In this document: positions 23,090 through 35,608 of the stretch, piece after piece | Layout of the letters: every line of letters starts with the position of its first letter | How positions within the stretch are numbered: the stretch's first letter is position 1 | Source of the DNA: Paragordius varius | Taxonomy: Eukaryota > Animalia > Nematomorpha | Reading direction: 5' to 3' | NCBI GenBank assembly: GCA_964247055.1 | Contig: OZ176050.1 | Coordinates: 11,904,001-11,968,000 of the forward strand | DNA length: 64,000 bases | Program-made: the position numbers and the translations under genes | The notes under the pieces: generated by a model | What the model was told of the DNA's origin: nothing | The model's database searches: none | The model's input: the letters and a program-made list of their open reading frames with translations, nothing else

Positions 23090-26000
23090 ATGTGTTTTAA
23101 ATTTGATTTGGTTGCCTTTGGATTTTTATTACATACTTTGTGTAAATTTGTTTTGGGGGGCAACTTTAATTTACCCGAAATTAATTCAATAAAATATGAA
23201 TTGAAAATTGTTAATCAAAGTATTTTCTTTATCAATAACGATTTGTAGCTCATAATTTAAATAGTCAAATCGAGGATTATATCACCATATCATCCAAATA
23301 CGGTGACAAATTTTATTGCTTCCTACCCATTGTAAATTATCCCAAAGAATATCATGTTTCGGATAAAAAAGCCCTACTCCGAAATATATCAAAGGCTTTA
23401 AAGCCTCTTAAAAAGGAATGTTTAAAAAAGGTAAATACACGTCTTAAAATTTATAGTCAGAAGGTTGGTGGACCTATGAATTCTGCTACAAAAAACATAT
23501 TAAACAATATCACTTGGAACCGAGCGGGAACAAGCGTGGTATGGAAACTGTTATCGGGATATATTCACACAACGATCCCTATGATTCGGTTTATAAATTC
23601 TTCATTTAAAAGAAATAATAATTATATAATTGTAATTTTCTTTTTGTTGGCTATTTTTTTGTCGGTTACCTGGTTTTACTCTTAATACTATCACTTCAGT
23701 TCTAATTTTATTTTTTTCAGCCTTTATAAAAACATATACAGTTTAGTTAGAGTTTCTTTTTTCTTTTGTGAGAGCTTTAACACTCACTTGCTCAGGGCTG
23801 ACTGTGAGGATGGAAAACTTGTGTAGTTTAGTGGTTTAAACTCTAACACTCCACACACACAGTGTAAAATTTTATTATGCGCATCACTATTTAAATAATC
23901 ATTTTTTAAAATATTAGAAATTTTTTTTAAACTATAGGTTTTTAGCGTCAAAATACTCTTTGCTTGTTCTTTTATTACTATACCCTATAATCATTATTTT
24001 AAATTTTCTTTATATAAAAAATGTTTTTTTATTTATATACCGTTCAATACTAGCTAACTATTTAAAATATGACTTATCACTAAATTTTTGGTTGTTCTTG
24101 CCCATTTCCCAAAAAACGTTCGAGCTCTTTATATTATTTTTATTTTCTAAATATTTTTTAGCTTGGAACCTCTAGAGCCAAAAGTTTATCTCATCATAAA
24201 CAATATTATACTAATGGAACTTGGTGTTCATTAAGCCATGCCCCACGGGAAGCTTTAGTTCAGGTAAAATAGTTTTTTAATATCAAACAAGAATTGTAAT
24301 TCCATAATTTTTAGTTTATTCAAAATATTATATGTAAGTTTAGTTATTTTATCTTCATATTTTATAAATGTTTGAATTTACCATTGATAATGTAAATATT
24401 AATTAATAATATAAATTTCGAATTGAAATCTAATAATCGCTAAATATTTATATGTGAAACATTTTATTAATGTTTATATATTTTTAAATCATTAACTTTT
24501 TTAGTATTTTAGTATATTGTACACAATACAATGTCGTCGCTTTTTCATACACATATATAAGAAAAACCATTCCTTTAAATTATTTTATATTCCTTATTTC
24601 ATGATATAATTTTATTTTCTTAACAATAGATTTCATGTAAACCTGATCAACCATCACGCATAGTTTTCGTGCAAGAGGCGGATTGTATGTATACCCTAAA
24701 GATTGAAACTCCATTGCTGTGTGGCGTACCCTTTTTCAATAAAACAGCCCAAACCCTAAATTATGCCATAAATTGTCATGTGGAAAAACTAATTAATTCT
24801 GGCACAAATACTGGTAGTAATATATCAATTAAAATTTTTTTGCTTACATTGATTTACAGTAAAAAGTTAAAGTATAAAAGCAAAACGTAAAAACCAAAAG
24901 ACAAATATATTTTTATAATGACAACCATACTTATTTAAACTTTGATTTTTTTGCATTGCCTTAATGGTTAAAATTATAAATATATTACTGAGTTACCAAT
25001 TCACTATTTCCTATTTTACAACTCTAAACGATAACTTTTATTAAAATCGATTTTTGATTTAATATGTCCGTCTTTATAAAAAATTATTGTTCAATTAGTT
25101 TTCGTAAATTTTGGGGGTTAATATTAAAGTATTCTTTATGTTGTTCGTTAGATTCACTTTTGGAAATGCCTACGGAACAATATGTATGTTTTTTATTTAT
25201 TTTAGAAAACTTTTTTTTGTAAATTATGAATTTATTCTAAAACTAGTTTATTTTTCGATAGCGATATCCACAACTCTTTTAACAAAATAAATGATAATTA
25301 TAAAAATAAAAAATAATTTATATAAAATAATTTTGGTAAAATTTTACAGATATTAGTATTTTACCAATCTGAATAGATTAACCCTTTAATTTTTAATATT
25401 ACTGGATCAATTGAAGTAAAATAACGTTAATTATAATTTTATAAAACAATTTAGCATAATACATCCTCCCTAATACCAAACGCTGAATCAAACCTTATTC
25501 CAGAAGGTATGATTTTTTATAAAAAAATATATAAATTATTTGAATTAAAATTATACAAATAAATAGCAATAATAAAAATGATGAATCATTTTTTATTGCA
25601 CATTAAAATTCTATGAGATTTTATAATCGTTTTATTACTAAACTAATTCATATTTCAGAATTTGTTAAATATATTTTTAATTATAAATCATGGTTTAATG
25701 ATATTAGTTTGATGTTAAACTAATTAATTAGGTATTTGTGATCCGACTTTAAATTTTCTATAATAAATAAATAAGATTTAATTGTTTAAAACTTATAGCT
25801 AAACCAACAATAATGGAACCACCGGAGAAAAAGGTTCGGTACAGAATAATGTCTGGAGATCCACGTTTTCTTTCCACCGATCTTATCAAAAATCTTTTAG
25901 TAAGATTGATATTTATTGTGTTTTTTAGAATATAAGTTACTAACATATATATATATATATAAATATATATTATTTCCCATTTTAGCGGACTACATAATCA

Positions 26001-26769
26001 TATTTTTAATTAAATTTATCGTTTATCTAAATTGGGGTTTTTAAAAATTGTTCATTTCACAATTAATGCGGATGTTTTAACAAAACATAAAGTAAATAAA
26101 GCTACTTTTTGTGTGAATACCTTAAAATATGGGTATTTAATCAATAAATAATGGATTAGTTTACTGTGAGAATGGACCATATAATTTTATAAAATAATTA
26201 TTTTAATCCATAAAATTTCATTCTAGGGTGGTAAATGCATTTATTATCCAAAGTTATTAAAGATAGGGCTGCCCCTCTACTATTACACTTATGAGGTCAG
26301 TCTAAAATTTACGGATATGATGAAAATAATGGTCAAAAATTTAATTATTAGGATGTGTAAAATTTTTATTTTTCGATTTTTTTAAACGTAGTAGTTAACA
26401 CTGCTAGTAAATTAACCGGATTCAGTTTTTTGTTTGATAAATGCATTTTTTGCATTCTTTACGGCTTATGACCTCAAGGTCACTTATCATTTTTTGATCG
26501 GTCTAATCTTATCTGGAATATTATTAATAAACATACCAATCTTTTTACTAAAATAATCTTTCTTTTAGGTAGTATTTTGTTAACTTTTATCATAAATGAA
26601 CTTTATTATTCTCGTGTTTTAGGAAGGTTTTATTGGTTCAGATTCTTCGGATTCTCAAAGTCGCAAAACTTTTCAGGAACTCAACAAAGGATACGTCAAT
26701 AATCGCAAAGAACCTATGAGCCCCTCGAATTTAACCAAAAATATCATTGTGATAAAAAATCGATTATAA
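23090..26769 (+). CDS. OS9: OS-9-family (OS9/ERLEC1) ER lectin with MRH domain
   Basis: Signal peptide MCFKFDLVAFGFLLHTLCKFVLG, then NFNLPEINSIKYELKI, ISSKYGDKFYCFLP, GWWTYEFCYKKHIKQYH, YTNGTWCSLSHAPREALVQISC and CMYTLKIETPLLC. Firm exons: 23090-23219, 23249-23430, 23457-23588, 24162-24263, 24630-24813. Exons after 24813 and the stop at 26767-26769 are tentative. Confidence 0.85.
23220..23248 (+). other. 29-nt GT-AG micro-intron (OS9 intron 1)
   Basis: gtattttctttatcaataacgatttgtag. Removal restores the frame into the conserved SSKY...C.LP block. Confidence 0.85.
23431..23456 (+). other. 26-nt GT-AG micro-intron (OS9 intron 2)
   Basis: gtaaatacacgtcttaaaatttatag. Removal joins ECLKK to SEGWWTYEFCY in frame. 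Confidence 0.9.
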
Positions 26770-27441
26770 AGATAAAAAAATAATATAGATCTAATCACAT
26801 TCCTTTACATTGAGGATTAATTAACTATCTTCTATGCAATTTAAATGGAAACACTAAATAAATTATTTTATTATATATTAGTTTCAAAATTTTTTTACCT
26901 TAAATTACCAAAATATTTAAATTCGGAATATGTATGTACACGACATTGAAAATTTATTAAAATTTGTGAATTATTTTTTGGTGGGAAAGGGGGATTTTTA
27001 TATATCACAATATAATAATCATATATTTTAAGAATGTTATTGTTAAAAATAATTATGATGATACAATTAATAAATAGTTCATAGAATGAATAAATTTAAA
27101 CATTGATACATAAGATTTTTAAATAAGGGTTTTCAAAATTTAATATTAAAAATGTGGAAAAAAATGTGATTGTGTGATGCCAATGCCATAATAATATGCT
27201 TAAATTGTACAATAACTTAAATAAAATCTATTAAATAGATAATGATATTTAAAATTTTGATATCAAATGAATAATGATAAAATAATATTATTCCTGATAT
27301 TATTACATTTGTTAAATTCAATAAATTTTATTTAAAAAACATAATTTTATTTTTAACTTTGGCACCAAATAACAAATCAAACTCTGCTATTAATAAAGAA
27401 TATTACAGATATTGCACAATAATATATTTATATATATAAAC

Positions 27442-27472
<31 letters not shown>

Positions 27473-27548
27473 GTATATATGACGACTAGATAATTACAGT
27501 ATGAATAAGTATACATTGATAGAAAGTTATAAAGTATTCCCAAATGGT

Positions 27549-27635
27549 AAATACAACAAAGGGCAGTATCATTGGCTAATAAAAATAAAAAGTGAAAAAA
27601 ACTATAAGCCAATAATACTCCCCTTTGTTGTATTT
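27549..27635. other. 29-bp stem / 29-nt loop hairpin (pre-miRNA-like or mini-MITE)
   Basis: aaatacaacaaagggcagtatcattggct (27549-27577) versus agccaataatactcccctttgttgtattt (27607-27635); 2 mismatches. Confidence 0.5.
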
Positions 27636-27829
27636 TCTATTTGGCAATAATTAATAACTTTCTAGCAATGTCTACATACTTACTCATACTGTATAATTAA
27701 AATCTAACAAAAGAACCATCACATCTCCAAAGTTAAATAGATGGATTTAAGTTTGACTCTCTTTTTTTAACCTAAAATTATTTTTTTTGTGCATAGGCTT
27801 TAGTGAAAATATTATCTTAACATTATAAC

Positions 27830-28327
27830 ATGTAAAGTAATGTAACAAACTTCTCGTTTGAGACTCAATTTAGTCAAAATGTTGTCAACATTTTAACATG
27901 TGTAAAATCTATAAAAAGTATAATGTGACAAACGTAAAATTTTCTCATTTTCCTCGTTTGAGACTTAATTTGATCAATATCTTGACATTTTTGTAAAATC
28001 TATCAAAAGTATAATGTAAACGTAAATTTTTTCTCATTTTCCTTGTTGGAACTCAATTTAGTCAGAATATTGTCTTGACATTTTTGTAAAATCTATCAAA
28101 AGTATAATGTACACGTAAAATTTTAATTTCCTTGTTTGAACTTAATTTAGTCAATTTTTATTTGTAAAATCTATAAAAAGTATAATGTAAACGTAAAATT
28201 TTATCAATTTCCTTGTTTGAACTCAATTTAGTCAAAATATTGTCTTAACATTTTAACTTGTGTAAAATCTATAAAAAGTATAATGACAAACGTAAAATTT
28301 TCTCAATTTCCTTGTTTGGAACTCAAT
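27830..28327. repeat. Tandem array of ~5.5 copies of a ~80-100-bp unit at the GPCR 3' end
   Basis: gtaaaatctat recurs at 27902, 27993, 28086, 28164 and 28262. Confidence 0.9.
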
Positions 28328-31300
28328 GCTTTTTTGCATTTTTCGTTCCTGTAGTAAATCTCGTAGCTGTAGTCGCACCCACTCGATTATTTCCAACACC
28401 TTGGCCTCCTACTCCTCCTGTTTGCGTTACGCCTGAAGCATAAGTCTTGATTGTGTAGAGACGAAAGATGGCAAAATCTGCTATGAAAAGCAGGAAAACC
28501 ACATTCAGTATTATGAATAGGACGAAATCAAACATGATTCGACTCAGGAAAGATTTCATGGAAAAATTGATGGGTAACATCATAACGCACAGAAATAGAC
28601 TAATATAGATGCAAAATGAAAGATATCTCAATGCTGAACTAATACGTAGCAAACTTTGTTCCCTAGATATCAGGTATATGGCTATCAGCAACAATAAGAT
28701 TAGGAATGAAATTTGTATAATGTTAAAGGGTGTATTGTTAGTTTTGGCTGGGCAATAGACTAGGACATTGTTTAACGTGTCTGAAACTTGTTCCTTACCC
28801 GGGAAGATTGGGAAAAGATTGAAAAGGAGGATGGAAAAAATGACCTGCACAAACAGATAAAGAATAAGTTAGTATATAAATAGTTATAAAATAAACTAAT
28901 ATATAATTATATTATGGACATTTTAAAAAATATATATTTTAGATCAGGCGTGTCTAACTCGCGGCCCTCCGCAATCTTGTGTGGCCCACGAAAATTTAGA
29001 CTACAACTATCAAATAAATAAAATTGTACAATTCCCAAAGATAGTGTATTTATAAAATAATTCTTTGAATTGATATTTCTTTAACAATGTCATACAAATT
29101 GGCAACGAACTGTCAAATTGATTGAATATTAGTGTTTATATTGTTTTTTACAGTTTTAACGATATTTTCTTCCGGCCCGCGAAGCCATTTGTTTGGACGC
29201 CCCTGTTTTAAATAATGAAGCCTGAATTGGCAAAATAAGTCTTAATTATAGCATAAAGCAAATTTAAATAACCTGAATAACTATGACCAGTAAAGCCACC
29301 ATCCATTGTCGTTTGCGTTCGTATTGAGTTAACTCGTTCCGGAACACGTCAACCTATCAATGTTATTAAATGTTTTAAAATTAATTTTGGTTTCATCATC
29401 ATATTATATAAAGGTTTTTATATTTTATAAATAGACAAATGAAATAAAATCTATCGTAGATGCTTAATGATAAGAAAAATGAAATATTGTTGTGTCTAAA
29501 AATAAGATGACTACTATTATGACAGTAATGTATTGCCATTTCAATAATAAAAATTGCGATCTGCAGCAAAACATGATTTATGCTCAGCCAAACGTTTTTG
29601 TCCAGTTTTTTTGGTGCATATGATTTTTTAACACTTTTTATGCAATCCAATTTATGCCCAACCAATTTTATAAGCTACCTATTAAATGATTATTAGCCAA
29701 ATCTTTTTTTAACATAATTGCTAAAATTTTCTAAAACAATTAAATCTTGCTCAAAACAATTTTTTACATCATACCATATCGCGATTTCGCATAACAAAAC
29801 TTTTCGATGTACTAAGTTCAGCTAGGATCCCCGCACAAAATAGGGCAGCAGAACCGTATTTAAGGAAATAGCACATGGTGCATTTCAATCTGGCCGGATA
29901 GCCAAAGTACATAAAATGGGCTATTAGACCGAAGAAAACACCAATGATAAAGAGCCATATAATTAAGCGTCCCATTTCACGGGTAGCGGGATGTCGATAA
30001 TTTTTCAAGTAGAATATCACAATAATTGCCCAAGCGAATAAACCTACACAGTTAAAATTAATTTTATTGAAAAATGGAAAATAAAAATATTGAATACATT
30101 GTGCAATGTCATTAATTTTTTTTTGAAACTGTTACAAAAGGTGAATGGAATCTCGGATTCCAAAGTTTTGATGTTATCCGGATATGCGCTTTTTTATAAT
30201 TTATTGTTTTGTGAAACTGCTAAAATATTTATCATTAATTGATAGATATAAGAAGTTATGGTCAAAAGATAAAAAAACTTTACAATTATACTTGTAAAAT
30301 AATAAATAAAGTTTGGACTATATAAATGAATAATAGACAAAACACGTTTGATAATTCGAATAAATTTCCGTCGTTATATTAAATATTCCCAATGAATAAC
30401 TGTCGTTAATATTTTTTCACATGCATAATTTACTAATTTATGCCCCTTTGTATAAATAAACACCTTTTTTTACCATACTAGCGCTATCTATTTTACATAA
30501 ATAGTATTCACCAATTATTTGAAACACTGGCATGACATAATAGGTAAACGTATATCCTTGGATCGTTTGAGGTTTAATTTCTTGACACCTGGTTTGCGTA
30601 TCAGTATCCGGCCATGTAAATGTCGGACAAACGGCACACGGTTTATCCCTTTGGTTCGTTAGGATTTCATTGACTTGGCATTTTGCACATTCCCAACAAC
30701 ACAGATTACTTTTGTAAATTTTGTAGTGTCTATATTAAACAAAAATTGAAAATAGTTTTATTAATACATAAGGGGCGTTATTTATGAACCGATTATAAAA
30801 ATCTAAAACACCCAATAAAAGATCGGACACATTAAACACTTTTAACAGATTAAATATTGATTAAATATAGTATTATTAGGTTAACTGGGTTCTACCGTCT
30901 AAATTACTTATTGAATATTTATGAGTATAGTATTCAAAGCAAACCTACAGCTAATAATGGATATCCTAATACACGAAATCATTTTTTTTAAATAAAACTT
31001 ATGATATATGGTTGTTTTACCGTTCCTCATTTTAACGAAAAAATAAATATTAAATTTATCTTATAGTTACAAATAATTGATATTTTATCAATCCGTTTAA
31101 TCGTATGTATTGTATGCGATTGCGTTTATATTGAGAATACAATGTGGAAAGAAACTTTTAGAAAATTATTTTATAAAAGAAAAAATATGTACTTTGGCGG
31201 GCACTCCACACTACAGATAGACAAGGGCGCATCCGCCGGTTTTTGGAAAGTTTGATTAAAAATTCTAATCGGCTCATTTACGATCAAAGTATCCATGTAG

Positions 31301-34077
31301 TAAAATCCAACGCTAGCTTCGTTGAATTCGAAATATTGATTGTCGGGTTTTAAGTTATTTAAAACTAGCGTCCCGAATGATGTTTCATCTTTAGTTCTAT
31401 GTATAATGACAGATACTTGGTAAAATTTTTGGCCGGTAAAATAATTTTTAAAAGTGATTACTTCCTTAAAGGGAATCATTTATTGCCACATACATATTTT
31501 TAATTGAAAAATAATTATAAATTGCCATATTTTGAGTATAGCTATTTATTAATAAAAAAATTAGCAGTGTTAAATATTAATAAGCTGTAAGTGGTACCTC
31601 TCCTCCACCAAGTTAGATAGCTCATTGTAAATATCCTCTCCCAAAAGGCAATCAGCAATATCCACCCGGGTGGCCTGTGGACATTTTTGCCAATGCAATT
31701 TATCAAACACTTGTGTTAACATATCCATGGATTGCAAGATTTGCCATACCTCAAGACCAAACATCTCTTCCTCCAGTTCCCAAATAAAACTTTTAGATTT
31801 ATTTTGCAACATTAAACTAGTGGAGTTAACCCAGCTGTTTGATGTGTTTATGTTGCCATATCTTGATTTACGTCGACTAATTATATTGGTGTAATTAGTT
31901 AAAAGTTGATTTACCCATCTCTGGTAATGATTCATTAAGGGCTCCTGTTCGTAAACCATTGATGCAATTGTCCGAAACCAAATAAGGTAATCCGATATTT
32001 TTCCCTTTATCTCACGGAAAAAGAGAGCTGATATTTGTCCCAAACGAGCTGAAAGACCTTGAAATTCCATAAGCAATGGTGCAGGCCACGTATAAGTTCC
32101 AACAAATATTAAATCTTTAGTAATAAGCGCATTTGCAGGGCTTATTTGATTGAAATAGCTAAACATTTTAATAATCTTGTCCGTTGTTAGGAGAGTTATT
32201 ACAACTTTAGCCCTAATCTCTTCCGTAGTAACTATTTGAGAATTAGTAGCTAACGGATCAACGGCCGCCGCTCCTGTAATCACGTTTGATGCTGTATTAT
32301 CCGCTACATTTACAATATTACCCATTGTGCCAATGTTAACTATAGCAGGGGCAGATGTATTGATACCACCTACACCCAGGACGGTAGACGATTGTGGTTG
32401 CATAACGGTCCTACTGATACGCATCTTATTTTGCATGATAGCTTCGGTAAAATTGTTTAAATTGGCATGCAGATCATCATCGGATTCATCGAGGCGCATT
32501 TCAACATGCGTACACATATTACGTCGCGTAAGTTCGGCCTTCAACAACTCATACAAATTTTCACTGTTATCCTCATCCATGTAGATAATGTTAACATACG
32601 TCCACCCAAATTTAGCCAATAAATCGACCATGGCCATAACATAACGACGGTTGGAGACGGCAAAACGTATAAGGTAGGGGTAAAACATTTTGTTGGCTAA
32701 ATTATCATCCGAATTTTTGTAACTTATCTGCGGTATTTGATACGAGCTCATAAGCGGTGATATAATTTTAGCTGAATTACCTAATCCCTCCAACAGGGTC
32801 TTAATGTCCGGTTCTTTATTCATAAAATTAAGTGTAGCTTGTAGCGTAATTTTTTCTTGGTCACTCAATGGTATAGGATTCGGATCAAAAAATTCTTGTT
32901 GTCTTGCTTGAGTCTCCTGAGAAAATGGAACAAACAAATTAGATCCAAGTGACTCGGTATCATTTGAATATCTAATAGGTAAGGTGGAATCACTAATAGG
33001 AACCATATTCGAAAAAGTTGATGGCATTGTTTGTCCCGGTGAAATTTCTAAACTTGCATAAGATGAGGGAATGTTTGTAACGACAGCAGGTGGGAGACTT
33101 GTCGAAATAGGTGTATTGACCCCAGATTGTTGGTTCGAGGGTGACAACTGACCAAATTCTATGTTGGGTTTTGAGTCCATGGCTGGACTAGTGTCTTTTT
33201 GCGGTAAACTAGTAATGACAAAAGGAGAAGCGATTTCTGCCGAGTTTGCAGGTGTTCTACCATCCGTATTCACGTTTGAGTTTAGCAGGTTAGAACCGGT
33301 AAATCCTTCAATGTTGGAGTTGGGCGGCGTGTTTGTTGTTAGAACAAAAACATTTGGCTGCTGAGGATTCGGTACTGGGCCAAATGCTTGCCGTTTTTTT
33401 CGCTTTTCTTCTTTATAAAGATCATGGATGTACCTCATTTTGCGCTGATGATCATCTATATCAGGGAATAGTGAAAAACGATCATTCATTAAATTGTTAT
33501 CATATTCATCGACTACCCTTAAATAGTTGGACGATAAAATTGTATTGGTATTAGGAGATGCAATCTCATGGTTAAATTTACCACTTAAATCACGAGTCTT
33601 TCGACTACTGGTGGCTAACCAAGTTGACGATATATTAGGATCGATTCGAGAGTATCGTATGTTCCTTAATACATCCCTATCATTGATCATGGAGTTGGCT
33701 TCAAACGTTTCTAAGTTATAACCCGTAATATTCGGTCCCTGATCGATGAATTTGATACTTTCAATCAAAGCTATAACCGGATCGGAACAAGTAGGTTTTA
33801 TATCAACACCCAAATTGATATCGGTCAATAGGTCGGTTAAGGCATTGACCTTATGAATAGCATATACAAGTGCATAAACTATAAGGGCCTGTCCAATCTC
33901 AAATTCATCATCGCACTTATCTATATCATTGGGAGCGGGTTTGAATATGGGAAACAAACCTCCTAACATAAGGTCACCCCTACGATACAAACTGTAATTT
34001 AGTTGTGACCGTATATAAGCAAAATTTTGGCACAGTAGTAAAAGGATGAATGTGAGGATATGAAAATTCATTGACAT
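28323..34077 (-). CDS. Divergent class C (mGluR/CaSR-like) GPCR: signal peptide, VFT domain with large insertions, cysteine-rich domain, 7TM
   Basis: GDLMLGGLFPI, TCSDPVIALIES, YQIPQISY and AMVDLLAKFGWTYV in a 2.5-kb first exon. CSVECP (31.2 kb). CCWECAKC...CAVCPTFTWPD...C (30.5-30.7 kb). TM exons at ~29770-30050, ~29270-29350 and 28323-28850. Some internal splice sites are unresolved. Confidence 0.9.
28945..29205. mobile_element. hAT (Charlie-type) MITE in a GPCR intron
   Basis: TIRs CAGGCGTGTCTAAC / GTTTGGACGCCCCTG, with flanking 8-mers ttttagat / ttttaaat as an imperfect TSD. Confidence 0.8.
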
Positions 34078-35608
34078 TTGAGTATAAACTAGAGGATGAA
34101 TGGTTTTAGATTTTAATTGAATGTGTTTGTTTGATAATTTTAATTTGCTTCGTTCTACGTGCTTGGTGTCACGTTAACAGAAGATATTTATACGGAAAAT
34201 TGATATGGTGTGCATTTTGATCTCATTTAAGGCATGTGGGTGTTAATGAGAAAGTAATTAAAAAATATTAATATATAAGGCTTGTGCGTTTATTAGGATG
34301 CTCACAGATATTTACAAAATTATTGTAAGATGCATCCAAATATTGGTATTGTCAATGCAATGATTATTGGAAAAAACGGTATAATACATATTATCTACCT
34401 ATTTGTACAAATATATTCAATAATATTTCATTAAGCTAATACATTAGAATCTTATAACTGTGCTTATTTATTCAAATTTATTAGAAGGTACGAATGATTT
34501 GGCACAATATACAAATATTTTTATTAATATGTGCACGAGAATATGTTAGTTAGTTAGTTAGTTATATAGAAATGATTAACAAATATTTTCTTAACAATCT
34601 ATTCCAACTCCTGTTTTTTTTATTTTTTGTCTTCCTATATTCTCTAATCTAAATTCCAATAATTTGTATTTATGCACCTTTAGTGTATGAGACGAAGACA
34701 ATAAAATAAAATTGGCAAGAGATGTATAGTATAAAATTTGCCTTTATTCATCATTAATATTATTAGTATTGTAGTTGTAATTAACATAATTTATTTCAAT
34801 GATTCAGGTTTTCCAATCCTTATAGAAATAAGAATTGGAAAACAGAACAAAACATTTACATATTTCTAAATTGATGAAAAAAAATAAAAAATTATCAAGG
34901 TCAAGATAACATATAAAAAATTTGGTGTATAATCATACACCTTGAAACTAATTTCCCAAAATGTATTTTTTTTCAGAGAGAGAGGATAATTAGACATGAA
35001 ACCTTTTTTCTTCTTATAAAATTACTCTTGTAACATCTTAAAAAATTTTAAGTTGCATTTTGAATCTGATCAAATATGCATATTAGATATTTAATTTTAC
35101 AAAAATTTAACAAATCTTATCAAATATAATGGTAACATATAGGTTATTAATGGCTGCCTTGAAAAAATTATAAACAAGAAAATAATTATCAATTTATTTT
35201 AATTTTTTTAGCCATCATTTATAATGTATGCTTGTTATATTTTATGTTCATATTAATTTCTATTAGTTACCTTAATAACCTTACCTTCTATATACCATAA
35301 TAAAGCACATTTTTTTTTCAATGGCAGACAAAGATTGTCCAGTCGATACCATGTTAGTAGGTACTTAAAAAGAGTTGCTAATGATTGTAGTATGCATTAA
35401 AATTTGAGTTTACTAATTTTGATGAAGTTAAAAAATCCGAACCCAAAGGCAATAAATTATATTTCGTGATTATATTAAAACAGGTCAGGGTTTGCAACCA
35501 ATCGAAAAATGGAACTGAAATGGGGTTCTTAAAAGTTTAACAATTATGGACCGGTTCCATTTTAGTTCCTGACTTTTCATTAAATGATTTTTATACGCCA
35601 TTTTTTAT

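Noticed and set aside
31570-34077. Long, GC-richer, intron-free GPCR exon as a sign of horizontal transfer or retroposition
   Set aside because: It continues into normal spliced exons, large first exons are usual in class C GPCR genes, and the GC level fits coding constraint.
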